From Oikopleura dioica (taxonomy: Eukaryota; Animalia; Chordata), in contig OU015567.1 in NCBI GenBank assembly GCA_907165135.1, positions 6,014,001 through 6,078,000 of the forward strand: a stretch of DNA of 64,000 nucleotides, in the 5' to 3' direction. A program made the translations under genes and the position numbers. The notes beneath the pieces are model-generated. The model searched no databases and was not told the DNA's origin. It worked only from the letters and a program-made list of their open reading frames with translations. This document shows, one piece after another, positions 13,966 through 27,600 of this stretch (position 1 is its first letter; the number at the start of each line of letters is the position of its first letter).

Positions 13966-15065
13966 TTAAAATTTAAAATACATGTTTTATTGAGAAAAAA
14001 TGTATGCTTTCGGAGTTGTGGTTTTGCGAGTTTTCAAGTTTTCAGCCGCGGTATTTTGCTTTGATTGATTTCGCCGCAAATTAGAATGCGGCTTTTGGTT
14101 TTATGATAAATACGAAAACCGCATCCATCAGACCCAGAAGTGCCAGAAAATGGATCTGAAAAGACGCGACCCTCGACGTCGTGATTTTCAATTTTGCACC
14201 GTTTCCGCAAAACAAAACTGAAACCGCGAACGTCCGAGGGTCCCGCCGGACAAAAACGATGCATAAAAAGTAAATAGCGACCTCAGAATGCTTATTTTAC
14301 AAGTGCCAGGGAATAAAATCAGGAAACAAGGCAGCTTTTATCCTTAATTCCGCATTTTTTTATGAAAAATGTGAGAATTAAGATTTCAGAGCTTCACTAT
14401 TGTTTTACCAAATAATTGGCAATTTGGCGGAGATGAGTTAAAATTTTAACCTATTTTCGGAAAATTGCCAAATATTTGGTAAAGCAACGGGAAAGCCCTG
14501 AAAAATTTATTTTTATGAAATAATTATTATCATTATTTATTATATTAATTATTAACAATAATAATTAATTATTATTTTTGAGTAAAATAGCTTGATTTTC
14601 AACTATTGAGCTCAATAAACCATAAAACTCAATTTTTATGATAAATTTGACACTAAAAATAAATTACGAATTAATTGAATAGAAGAACTGACGCGTGAAT
14701 TTCTGAATACCGAATACTTGGGCTCACAAAGGTTCAATCTTTTACAATAATTTCTTATCAAAATTTGGAGCCTGGTGGTTTTAGATTTATGTTTTTATTG
14801 GTGGCGTTTGGAGTGGGAAGTGTGGCGCCTGTCAGCGTTTCCAAATGCGTTTTTTGATCGTCCCAAAATAAATACGAAATTGACACAAACACAAATATGT
14901 TTTCGCGGCTCAGGGACATTATCGGCAACACTCTTGTCCAAACACGCCTGAAACAAGACATGCTCTTTCACATGCTCTTTCCCAAATAAAATATTGTTTT
15001 CAGTTTTTCGCCGCAAACATCAGTAATCTTGCGGCGAAGATCCCTCCCTTTCTTCTTTCTCTTTT

Positions 15066-15301
15066 CTGGGCTCGGCAATATGTGTATAAAACCTGAAAGA
15101 TCCCTAATGAAAAGACGCGTAGCGGCTTTTTCGAATAGAAAGCCGCAAAATGGCTTCGCTAGAATTTAAAATAGACATGAATGAAAATTCTGGCGAAGCC
15201 GCTTGCGGCTCCGAATTTGAAAAGCCGCTACGCGGCTTTTCATTAAGGATCTGTCAGAACTTAACCTGACTCGGGTTTTCTTCACTTGTTGCCGAGCCCA
15301 G
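15066..15301. mobile_element. Representative of the abundant CTGGGCTCGGCAACC / CCTGA(C/G)TCAGG MITE family
   Basis: Full or partial copies also at about 210-290, 449-515, 1200-1235, 2180-2287, 4946-5160, 6471-6580, 7025-7065, 8075-8115, 12041-12230, 19243-19420, 23442-23556, 24170, 28110-28286, 42334-42578, 42870-42915, 44481-44718, 61921 and 63988. Confidence 0.85.
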
Positions 15302-15647
15302 TCGCAGAATTAGTAAAGAAGACACTAGAACTGTCTATTTTGATAGCGCTGCCGTAAATCTGTTGATCCCGCTTGCCTGGCCTAAGTCCAGGTGAGGATC
15401 AAACAACAGCCACGGGATTGGATAAATAACCCATTTTTTTGATTATTCCACTTCGGAATTATTTTCCTCCGCAAATTCGATCGCATGCACGCTCGCGGGC
15501 TAAAACAATATACTAAATAATCGTACCCAACCAAACGCAACAAAACGAGATAATAATAATATAGACTACGGTTGAAGAAAAGAGGATCAAATTTTGATTC
15601 AGAATTTAGCAAAACTGTAATTTTCGAAATAAAAATTTGGGCGACAC

Positions 15648-15852
15648 TGGCCATGTCGTCAAATGTCGTCAAATGTCACCATATGTCGCCAAATGTCGCT
15701 GAATGTCGCTGAATGTTGCTATATGTCGCTGAATGTCGCTGAATTCGGTGATATATGGCGACATTTGGTGACATCTGACGACTTTAAGTGACATCTTGCG
15801 ACATTCGGCGACATTTGGTGACATTCGGCGACATTTGGCGACATAACCAGGG
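15648..15852. repeat. Foldback of 10-bp tandem repeats (AAATGTCGCC / GGCGACATTT)
   Basis: About 9 units in one orientation followed by about 9 in the opposite orientation. Confidence 0.8.
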
Positions 15853-16237
15853 CGCCCTGATAAAAGGGGTACCCCATGTTTCATTCTGAAGCCGCGCGCG
15901 GCTTTTGACTTCGAAAAGAGCTTCGATTTTTCCCGGAAACGGGTAGAAATCGAGTGAAAGCGGAAATTTCCATTTTCCATTTGGATAGGAATTCTTTATG
16001 TTTTTTATGTACGTTTGGCTCTTTTACGATGGCTATTAGCCTGTTACGCGGGCCGGAGGCTAGTGCCCAATTTTCCATCTCTCAAAATGTCACTATTTAT
16101 TTTGCTCCTCGGTAAAATTTGCACGGGCAATTCAATGTCATGGAGATGCGAAATAAAAATAAAAATTCAATAAATAAAGCGCCTTGCATTGTTGACTGCT
16201 TCCTCTCTCTTTCTCCCAGTCTAGTGGTACTACACTG

Positions 16238-17582
16238 GAGAGAGGCGATTTTCTGGCAGTTAGATTTTCTGGCAGTTAGACTTTCTGGCAAAGGCGATTT
16301 TCTGGCACTGCCAGAAAATCTAACTTCCAGAAAATCGCCTTTGCCAGAAAGTCTAACTGCCAGAAAGTCTAACTGCCAGAAAATCGCCTCTTTTGATTTT
16401 GAATCTACAGTTAATGATCCTGGAAGGTAAAAACGGAGAGGGTTTTCGACAGTACCACCAATTTTTCTTACACGTTTTTTTAAAATTCATTGACAAAAGC
16501 CACTTTTGACCCATTTATTCAAGATTATTGGCTGTAGCAAACATAAATCAGCTTCTTCCGGGAATTTTTGTGTTAAACACCAGGTGTTATTTGCATCTGA
16601 TTTCGAGTACTTGGTCACAGTGGGCACCCACTGAGATAATGGCGCACGCTAATGCTTTTGAAACTGAACTTGTTATAAAGCTCTCCAGAAAATTCTTCCT
16701 TAGGTGGTGAAATCGCCTTTATAGGATGGATATTATTTGAAATTCTGCAAGAAACTCTTAATAATAATCATTATATAAATTCGAAAAACTGGTGATTATC
16801 ACACAAATTTCATTTCGGAGCAGTTTCAGCAGGAGTTTGCACCTTTCGACGCGAGCGTTTGATCTAAAAGCCGACTATTCAGGGCGCTAAAAAGACTACG
16901 AATTGGGAATTGAAATTTCTGCGCTAAAAATAGAATGAGGGTAGCATCCGCAGTTCGTTCTAGCTGTTTTCGGAGTGACAAACGGGTTCACAGGCAGCTG
17001 AAAAGTTAGATTTTGATTTTTTGAGAAAATGGAGAAGAAAAAGGAAGAAAAATCGTATAGAAAAATATTGAAAATGACAGCGATTCCACCACCTTCTGAG
17101 AAAGAATTTTCAGGAGAGTTTTATAAAAGTTCAGTTTTAAAAGCATGAGCGTGCGCCATTATCTCAGTGGGTGCTGTCTCACGGCCACGCGTGGAAATGA
17201 GTAGCCAATCATATGCCCGGATCCATGATTTCACTCAATCACAGACAGGCAAAAGCGTAGGCAAAATCGACCACCCTGTTAACGGGTTAACACAAAAATT
17301 CCCGGAAGAAGCTGATTTATGTTTGCTACAGCCAATTATCTTGAATAAATGGGTCAAAAATGGCTTTTGTCAATGAATTTTTATAAAACATGTAAGAAAA
17401 ATTGGTGGTACTGTCGTACTTTTTACCTTCCAGGATCACTAACTGTAGATTCAAAATCAAAAGAGGCGATTTTCTGAAATTAGATTTTCTGGCATATTAT
17501 ATTTTCTGGCAGTGCCAGAAAATCGCCTTTGCCAGAAAGTCTAACTGCCAGAAAGTCTAACTGCCAGAAAATCGCCTCTCTC
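16238..17582. mobile_element. 1.35-kb Mutator-like non-autonomous element with about 340-bp TIRs
   Basis: Ends GAGAGAGGCG...CGCCTCTCTC; 9-bp TSD ACTACACTG (16229-37, 17583-91); TIRs contain TTTCTGGCA/TGCCAGAAA repeats. Confidence 0.85.
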
Positions 17583-18693
17583 ACTACACTGCTGTTTCTC
17601 AAATCTACTGTTTAAGATATAGAAAGGTAGAAGTCGAAATAGAGTGGAACCGTTTTCCTTCGTTCAAAATACGCGCTTGGTAGCACTTGGTATAGAAACA
17701 CGGGGTTATCCTACGCTATTGGGTCCAAGAAACACTTTTCTTGGATCGAATCATCATAAATATGATTTTCAAAAGACGTAACAATTAACAACGAAGAACA
17801 GAGAGAGAACAAATTTTACAGATCATTCACGGTTTATTTCCAAAAGTATGGATCGTAAATTTTTTCAAGAAGAGGAAGAACATCAGGTTTTCTTTCCCTA
17901 GTTAAAAGGCGTCCATTTTAACGGATTCGATCTTCAAAATTTTTTGATGAAATCCGTTAAAATGGGGACGAGAAATGTTTTTAGTAAAATTGGGATAAAG
18001 AGATTAAGGGTATACCTTCCCAAAAAACTCTAAAAACAAAGATATCTCTTTATATTATCCTATAAAATAATAGAACGGAAATATAAAGGGAAATCCTTCT
18101 TTTTGATTTTTTCATTGGGCAGGTATACCCTTAATCTCTTTTATTAAAAATCAGCGAAGATAGAATCCAAGTGAATTATTGATTGAAAAAGTAACTTTTG
18201 AGTTTTTATTTTCTAGTTTTTACAGAAAATTTTTTTCTGAAATGTTACCTTCTAGAAAATTAACTGTGGCTGAGGCTTCAAAGTGATCAAATAGAGGGGT
18301 TTTAATGAATTGTTCGAATTTGCGCCCGGTTTTTATTTAGAGATCGACAAAGGCATTCTTTGTGAATAGTGATTTTTATTTACCAATTTCTAATATTGTA
18401 TTGTGTTGTGGCCTCCGGCGAGTTCCTGTTCAGGTCTTTTTCTGGCGGCCGTTTGTGTCTGTTTGAACTGCGGCCGGTTGAATAGGGGACGGTCTAGTCT
18501 TTGTATTTACACACAAAAATACATTTCTAAAATACATGCCAGTTTGTGTTTATTCGTATAAATGAACTGAGCTCCATCGCTCACAGCTCTTCAACACAGC
18601 AAGGCACACACGCCAGCGGCAAAAGCCCCAACCGACAGATCTTGACTTTTTTGACACAGAGCATCCGGCAACTAAACAACAACAGAAATCAAA

Positions 18694-21600
18694 ATGCTGA
18701 GCCCTCCCTCGAACTTGAACCAGGTGGAATCGAGAACAGTTCCCAACGCGCTTGGGGCAAGAGAGCAGAACTCCCCCAGGGCGGAACAGGATCCACTACA
18801 GGTTTCTTTGAATACAGCAATAATTCTTACAAGCCTAAAAAGCATCGCAAGTACTGTATTGAAAATGCTTATCACTATATTTTATCATTAGAAAAGCAAC
18901 TTCTAACTTAGTTCTAACATCCAAAGTTGACAAAAACAAAAACTGAGCCTTGAAAATACTAACTAAACTATTGTTTTTGTATAAACTCATTTATATTCTG
19001 ACACTTCAGCGCGGAAAAACTACTATTTATAAGTTGTTCCAATCCCTCCTTGACAAACTAAGACCAACACTTCTTGAATTTTAAAATTTTACTTATTGCA
19101 CTTTTCAGGCACTGCAACTTGCTCTACTGCAGCAATCACAAGCCAACTCTTTCAACAACAAAGAAAACCATCAGAAGCCGCCAGCTGCTGCTCAGGATCC
19201 AATCACTTCCACGGTATAATACTTTTTTAACTGAAAGAGCTAAAAGCCGCGTAGCGGCTTTTAAATAACGAAGCCGCGAAGCGGCTTCGCAAATATTTCA
19301 ACTGAAATATCGTTGAAAAATTTGGCGAAGCCGCTTCGCGGCTTCGATCTTAAAAGCCGCTACGCGGCTTTTCGGTCAAACACAAAGAACCTGACTCAGG
19401 TTTTCTTCACAGGTTTTCGAGCCTAGCTTCCGGTGGCTTGGGAAAACAGCCACTTTGGGCGTTGCTCCTTCTCTTGATTCATTCCACTGTTTTTTAGATG
19501 CAGGCGATGATGAACGGGCTCCAATCGGGCTCCCAATTCGGCAACTTTATGCAACAACAGCAGCAACAAGCCGCCAGTCTCCTTGCCGCACAACAGGTAA
19601 AACACAAATTTTTTGAAATGTTACTGTTTGTAAATGTTGTCGTATTTGTATTTTGAGAGTTTGAGTTGTAAAAAGATTTGAGATAAGCGACGGGCAAATT
19701 TGAAAATTTGGGAAAGATCAACAATTTGAGACTTGTTGGAAGTCGAAATCAAAAGTACTCAGTACTCAATGCAAATAGCTTGAAACAACAAATCACAAGT
19801 GCAAAATGCAAACTTCCGACAAGTGCGCCAAGCAAATGGATCGATTAGCGACATTTTTCAGCGAAATTAAGGGGTAGACATCAATAAAGCCGATTTCCAA
19901 GAAGAACATTATAGAAACCAGGACATCGTTTGTGTAGCCGCGCGCGGCTTCGGGCAAAATAAGAAAAAGCCGCGAAAAGCTGCGGCTTTTTCTTCTTTTT
20001 CTCGAAGCGCGCGCGGCTACTTAATTTTGTCCTGGTTTCGTTAGTGTTCTACTTGGAAATCGGCTTTATTGATGTCTACCCCTAAAATTCGCGAAATTCC
20101 AGCTTTTTCTGGAATTTCTGGTTGACGTAAAACCTGACTGAACTAAAAATAATTCGAAAGCAGTCAGCATAATTTTCCTAATCGCTCTCAAAACACCTTA
20201 TTATCCAGTCAACAACAACTTGTGTGTATAGTCGATATAGCTCCCTGCGCATTTTCTAAAACTTCCGAGGGAGGATTATTATTTACTTCCGGAATTTCGC
20301 CAGTAGAGGAGCTGGGCCCACGTGCTCAAGCGAATTTATTTATTCCGAAATCGGATTTCCGGATTTTCGCTTTTTGAAAAAGAAAGTTCTTGAAATTTGG
20401 AAGAAACGCGGCTTACGTAAAAATCGCGAAATTGTTTGTTGTCCAGCTCGGTCGGGCTCGGCTCAGATGAGCCGCCTGTTTACTGCCACCGAGCTGGGTG
20501 CACAAATACACAAATTTTGACGTTTTTGACATTTTTAGCGCAACAAATAGACAACTAAAGAGCATCTCCTCCAGAATTCGAGGGAATCTCAACGGTCAAA
20601 ATGCTCGTTTTTGATTGGCTCAAAAATGATTTACAGAATCTGATTGGTTCAAGAAGACAATTGAAGCTTCTGATCGGCTGATTTGATTTTCAAGCCAATT
20701 GGACCGTCAATTTTTTTGGACCAATCAGATTTCATGAATCATCGTTTTAGCCAATCAAAAGCGAGTATTACGAATGCTGAGCTTTGCATTGGCTTTTCAT
20801 CCTCCTTAACGGGCATAATACTCGTTTTGATTGGCTCAAAAGATGATTTATGGAATTTTATTGGTTCAAAAGGAAAATTGAAGTTTCTGATTGGCTGATT
20901 TGGCTTTAGAGCCAATTGGACCGTCAGTTTTGCTTTTTGACCAATCAGATTTCGCAAATTCTCGTTTGAGCCAATCAAAAAGGAGTATTTCGATCATTGA
21001 GCTTTTCATTGGAATAACAATTTTGAGCGCTAGAATACCAAATAATTTGGCATGCGGAGTGCCAGTTGTACATGGCGAAGGTTATCAGTTATCTTCTCAA
21101 CCTTTCAGAGTGATAAGAATGAAATAAAGTTCTTTTGATAACAAACAGAGGCGCGAGTGTAGTTTTCGATTGTACTAACAAATATTTTAATGCGCGTGTT
21201 TTAGTAAACAGAATTGTGGAAGTGATCGGGGCTGATATTATCTCTGGATAAGCGGAATCAGTGTAGTCAAAATGCGCCTAAACATGCCCCAATCGACAAT
21301 ATAAAACAACTATTAATGTTTGGGCGGTGCATCTTGTACCCGGATGTTGCCACAAAATCCGCCAAACTACAATTAATTCCACCCGAGTACCAAAATCAAA
21401 ACAATGCGCTTTTTTGCTCCTTTATTCTGACGATTAGAGCGGCTTTCCGGTGGAAAACCACGTGACTCACGCGCTCAAGTACAGAGTTAAGGGAGTCAAA
21501 AACTTTGAAATGCTCTGAAAACTGAATAAAAATGAGCCGCGCGCGGCTTTTTCACTCATTTTCGAATAAAAATATGTCCAAAAATCATAATCCAAAACGT

Positions 21601-24600
21601 TGGTCAAATGTCCTTGGGGAGTTAATATTTTTAACCCCTTTTTTCATCTTTATAAAAGTCGCAATAGAAAGCCGCGTGCGGCTTTTTGACTCATTTTCAA
21701 TGAAAATTAGGCGTTTTTGGCGATTTCCATTAAATTGGTCAAATGTCCTCAGGGAGTTAATATTTTTAACCCCTTTTTTGCTTTCCATAAAAGTCGCAAT
21801 AAAAAGCCGCGCGCGGCTTTTCGGATGATTTTTCGGTAATTTTTGAACGTAATATGGCCAAAAAAAACTTGCCATAAAATTGGTCAAATGACTTTAAGAG
21901 TTAATATTTTTTAACCCGTTTTTGATCTCGTCTCATTTCGGGCCTCACATGAGTATTGCGGAATGAGACAGTCTTCTGTAAGTAGATTTTAAGTGGTTGT
22001 CTGTTTGGGCTCTGTTTGAAAATGTGTCTATTGTGGATTAGTATTTAGCTTTTTGTCAGTAGAGGCGCACGTGTTTGTCATTTGCTCCAAGTGGAATGGC
22101 GGCGGAATTCGCAGTCGGGCTTTCAATTATTCCTCTCTCCAGAATACACCACCAAGATCAGGCGGCGGTGGTGTTTGTCTCCTTTGATGAGAACTCGAGC
22201 CCGGAAAAACCCCTTTCCGGGCGGCTGGCAGCTGCCCATTTCCGAAACTCTTTATTTTCCTTCTCAAAAAAATGGAAAATGGAGTTGACAGGGCTACAAG
22301 CATTCCGCCTTTCAGAAAATAATTATTTGTAAGGAGAAACTATTTCCGCCACAAAGTGGATACTCGTCCGGTCTGATCATAAAGAACAGCTTCAAAAAAT
22401 TGAAAATCATGAAAACTCATGATTTTCGATTTGGCGCCGCTTAGCGGTTTTTGATGCAATTTTGACAGAGTCTCAACGGTCAAAATACTCACCTATGATT
22501 GGCTGAAAAGATGATTTACGCGATCTGATTGGTCCAAAAGAAAATGTAGATTCTGATTGGCTGATTTGATTTTCAAGCCAATTGGGCCGTCAATATTCTT
22601 TTAGACCAATCAGATTTCATAAACCGTCGTTTTAGCCAATCAAAAACGAGTATTTCGATCTTTGATATGATGATTGGCTTTTCATGAGAACTCATGATTT
22701 TCGATTTGGCGCCGCTTAGCGGTTTTTTATGCAATTTTTCGGGATTCCGCTTTAATTGAACTGACCTCCTTAAATGACCCTGAAAACTTCAGAAACACCA
22801 ACACCAGGTGCCAGAAAAGAAAAACATAGTTGTTGATGCTTTTCGGAGTTTTAAGACGCTTTTTGTTTAGTATTTTTATTTTGCATTGCGCTAGAAGTGT
22901 GACCCACGCGCGCTCCATTGAAAAGTATATTTACCAAATCTTTCATTTTCTTCTTTAGTTCGGCCTGCAGAAGGAGAAAGAGTCGCAAATGATGCAACAC
23001 AATCTCGCGGTCCACCAGCTCCTCCAGCAACACCTCCTCCAGCAGCAACAACAGCAGCTGCTCAAATCACCTGCGACCAGCTCCGTTTCCTCCCTGGCCA
23101 TTTCCGAGCCAAAGAAAGAAGGCCTTGGAGGAGCTCTTGGAAGTCTAGCCTCGCTGCCGAAACTACCTGGGCTGGGACAGTTTCAGCAAAAGACGGAAGA
23201 AACTGACAATAAAAAGCAGAACTGTCTACTCTTTCCAGCTTGATAGACGAGCGAGAAAGAAAAAGTCCAAAAAGGTAAGAAAAACGAGAAAATGAATTAA
23301 AAACTGAATCGAGAAGCCGCTTGCGACTTCGAGATACAAGAGATAAAAAGCCGCGCTTTTCGCGGCTAAAATTATTTATTAAAAATATTTTTATTTAATT
23401 AATTATTTTTAATAATAATAGAGCCATTCTTCTTTAAAAACTGGGCTTGAAAACCTGTGTAGAAAACCTGAGTCAGGGCTGAAAAATCCAAGCTTTTCGT
23501 CAAAGATCTTTCAGAAACCCTGACTCAGGCTTTCTACACAGGTTTCCCAACCCAGTTCATTGAAAAACCATCAAATTTTGCTCAAAAAAGTCACGATTCT
23601 TGATGGCACGATTCTTGTTGATAAATTGGTCTATAAATTCATTCTTGTCCGTCTTAATTTCCCGACTATTAATGACTTGCGACGGTGTTTTTGGCGCCAT
23701 GGAAAAAATAATAATCAATTTGTTTTGATCATAAATACTTGTCATAAATAGTCACTGATTATTTTTTCCTAAAGACACAATAATTTTTTATTGACTGATC
23801 TCTTTCGCTTTTGAAGAAAAAAGATTGACAGTTGTTTACACTTGGCAGCAGCAAATAAACAATATCAAAACAACTGTAACTGTAACTGTCTGAATAATTT
23901 TTTGAAGACTTTTTCTTTCGGCTGGCTTTGGACAAAAAGAGGTCGGGTTTAGGAGCGCCCGTCCCGTCTCAAAGCCGTCTAAAGACAAAGACTTTTTCAC
24001 AAGTTTTTCTTGATTTTTGTTGTCTTGTTTGTTTATCTCAAAAGACGTATTTATGTCGCTAGTCACAACAGACTAATTTCGCCAAAATTGTCAAGCTCAG
24101 AAACACGCTCCTGCTGCACAAGATAAAAAGACGAAAACTTTTGCTTTTCATTAGAGATACCCTTAAGGACCCTGACTCAGGTTTTTAACTCAGTTTTCCG
24201 AGTTTTTCTGCCCCAAAATAATATATTTTTGACGTTTGAAAAACCAAAATTTCATCTTTTTTCATTTTTCGATGCATTTTTGAAAGTCACGTGTTTGTCA
24301 AAAATTTCTTTGAAGGTGCGTGAATTTATTTTGTTACTGGTACTCGAAGATACTTGAGCATTTCCTGCCCCCTTCTGCGTAAATGAAAATAAACTCGTAT
24401 ATCATAAATATTTTCGCGAAAACAACAATTTTCAAAAATCCGCCCTTCTGAGAAAAATGAGGGGAGAAGAAGAAAAAGGAGAGCGTAAATTAATTTTGAT
24501 ATTTGAAAAAGTCATCCCCTTGGGGAGATACGATCGATCCGGTGTAATAAACAAACAAACAACAAATAAACAAAAATAACTTTTTTCCTTTTCTGGCGGT

Positions 24601-27600
24601 GTTGGCACCAACAGCAGCAAGGGCTGAGCACTCCACCGCCACCAGGAAAAACACAAAACCAAAAAAAGAGAAAATTGAACACTTTTTAATTCACTTTTTG
24701 ATGCGCCAGAAAATGATCAGAGAATTAAGGGAGTCGCCGCCAATGTCCATAGAGCCAAACCACCCGCTCTTCAGCCACAACACCTGCAAATGGCCGGGTT
24801 GCGACCAGCACACCGAGGATTTTGGACGATTTCTCAAGTAAGTACTCAAAAAATTAAATTTCAAAAAAAAAAGCCGCGCGCTCAGGAAATTAAAAATTCT
24901 AGCGCGCGCGGCTTTTTAAAAAAATAAAAAAAATGCGGCTTTTTCGGAAGCGGCTAATTTTCAAAATTTTTGATTGATTTTTTTATTTTAGTTAATTTTT
25001 ATATAATTATCAATTTTTCTTATTATTTTATTGATTATTTTTTAATAAATATATAAAATCAAAACAAAATTTCATAAAATTAGCCGCTGATGCAATTTTA
25101 AGCCGCAATTTTATCCCAAAAAGAAATTTTTAAAATTATCAAAGAGAAGCCCTTAATTCTCCACCCAAAACTCACAACACCCATTCGCACCTATTTCTCC
25201 TGCGCTTATACCAAAACAAAACAGCCCTTCTCCTAAATAAGTTACTTTCGAATTGTGTACCTTCGTTTACGGTTTTGAAAATGCGCTACAAATCCGGCTT
25301 ATCGTCGCCTTTTGTGATTTTTTGGCGGTGTGCGTAATTTCGCGCCAATTTAAGAAAACCTCCCTTTCTTGACAAAGAGGGAGAGTAGCAATTTAGTATT
25401 ACGAGCCGTGGCCCGTAAACAACGAAAACAATTTAAACGGACGTAAATGCGTGCTTCTACAAAACCGTAACATTCGAATTAGTTTGTAAACAAGAGGCGC
25501 GCTTTTTTATTTTTAGTCGCCAAAAGACAGATTACATTATTTATGGAAGACTAGCAGCATCTTGTTCGATGTACGAATTTGTTGATAAAGCCAATTATTT
25601 ATTTTTCCCTAGCGCTACTTTTCTCGAGTTTTGCTTTTCAGCTATTTTTAGGAAGAGCTAGGAATTTTAGTGCTAATTGAGGCCACGTGACCGTCAAGCT
25701 GATTGAAATTGTTCTGAAAATCGAGAAGCCGCTTGTGGCTTTGAGTCAAAAAAAAAGTTGAGCCGCGCGAAGCGCGGCTTTTTCTTCCTTTTCGCTCGAA
25801 GCCGCAAGCGGCTTCTCGATTTCCAGAACAATTTCAACCAGCTTGATGGTCACGTGAATATTTTTTGTTTCGAAAAAATGGAAAAAAAGAACACTGGAGA
25901 TAGTTTATCCTTCGGTATTATGAGATAGTGTTGTGTTAGGCGGAACAACAATCGGATCTCCGGTGTCACATCAAATGTCCTTTACGGAATAAACTGTCAG
26001 AATGCGCGTGACTCCAACTGTTGTCGAACGTCAGAAATAATAGCCACTGCCGAGGGTAAAAAATAATAACATTACGGGATTTGCGTCTTTGCGTCAATTG
26101 CTGTTTGTTGATTCAATCTTGCGAGCAAGGTTAATTCAATTTCCGTTTATGATTTTTGAATTAATGAAAATGAGAGAAAAGGTCAAACAAACAAAACGTA
26201 AACAGGCATAATTTATGGCCAAATGGGCCTGTTTGTCCTCTCCTTCCGTTGTCACATTACGCGCTATTTGTCAATTTTTACGTTTGACATTTGCAAGAAC
26301 GACAACATATGTTTGTTCTCGCCTCGTAACAGGCCAGATGCCGACTTTTCTATTTCCTAACGAATGATGCTAGGATGGGACAAACGAACAAGCAAATAAC
26401 AAATCCAAAAAATTAAGGGTGTCAACCACTAAATTTGAAGTCACCTGACCGCCAAGCTGATTGAAATTTCTGAAAAATCGAGGAGCCGCTTGCGGCTTCG
26501 AACGAAAACGAAGAAAAAGCCGCGCTTCGCGCGGCTCAATTTTTTTTAAAACTCGAAGCCGCAAGCGGCTTCTCGAATTTTCAGAACAATTTCAATGAGT
26601 CCTGCCGAGTGAATGACGAGTAAATATGCATTCTTATTCAGGGTGCAGCAGAAAAGCGCTCGTGGCGGCGAGATCAAAGGAGAAAGCGCGAAATGTTCGT
26701 TTTTTTCTTTTGCAAGAAAGTATTTATAAGGACAAGTGTGTGGCCCGGGCTAGACTTGTGCCGACGCTTGTTGTGTGAAATTCCAACGGCCATTCCAAAC
26801 AAAGCCGTTGCTTTGGAACATTCCGAAATCTCAGCTGCCAAATCTAATTTCGAGCCCCCCACGTGATCATCGCGCTCAACATATATTTTAATATACAAAT
26901 GCTGGCTGATTAAATTTCCTCCAAAAATAAATTTTCCCTCCGAAAAAATTTTTTCCCGATCGCCAAAAACTAATTTTCCTCTTTTTTAGGCACCTGAATC
27001 AAGAACATGGCTTGGACGACAAATCGACTGCACAATGCCGCGTCCAAATGCATACTGTTCAGCAGCTAGAACGACAGGTACAGTAATGCATTGTTGCTCG
27101 AATGCGGCCACATCCCTTTCCGGCTCATCCCCTTTTCGTACGTTTTCTTATTTGCGTTTTTTCTGGCGTAAATTCACCGCCAGGCTGCGGCGGCCAACGG
27201 CGAAAACAAACCACAACCGCAGTGGGAAAATACAAACGCTCCCCCCATCCCTCCAGTAATTTGTAATTCCACCGAGCGACTAAATAAACTTACAGATAAA
27301 CCACTCCAGTACTCGAGCTGCTAAACAAAAATTGAATTAATTAAAAATGAAAATTTTAATTAACAAAAAATTTCAGGTTCGAGTTGAGAAGGAACGGCTA
27401 AATGCGATGATGACTCATCTTCAAATGGACTCTGATAAGGCCAGAGCAAGGTCGATTTCTCCCCCGAAACGGGCTCAATCCCCAGTTCTACCCCAGGGAT
27501 CCCCACAGGTAGGCTTAACATGAGACTGGCTTAAACTGTTGATAATTTAATGTTTTGTGTCTTAAATTGTCGATTTTCGAACGTGCTTATCCTAAAATCA

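Noticed and set aside
159-16430. Numerous 60-120 aa ORFs upstream of FoxP (e.g. 2169-2528, 2636-2980, 7605-7925, 14758-14961, 15669-15980, 16119-16430)
   Set aside because: They lie in MITEs, satellites or low-complexity DNA, or lack any domain or consistent splice chain.
18546-18911. 121-aa ORF as FoxP N-terminus
   Set aside because: It is out of phase with the 18802 donor and downstream exons; the 18694 frame fits.
24599-24729. N-terminal part of the 80-aa ORF and a [14 protein letters not shown] frame as an extra FoxP exon
   Set aside because: No AG acceptor upstream and no donor/acceptor pair that keeps the frame cleanly; the exon start at 24730 fits the previous exon phase.
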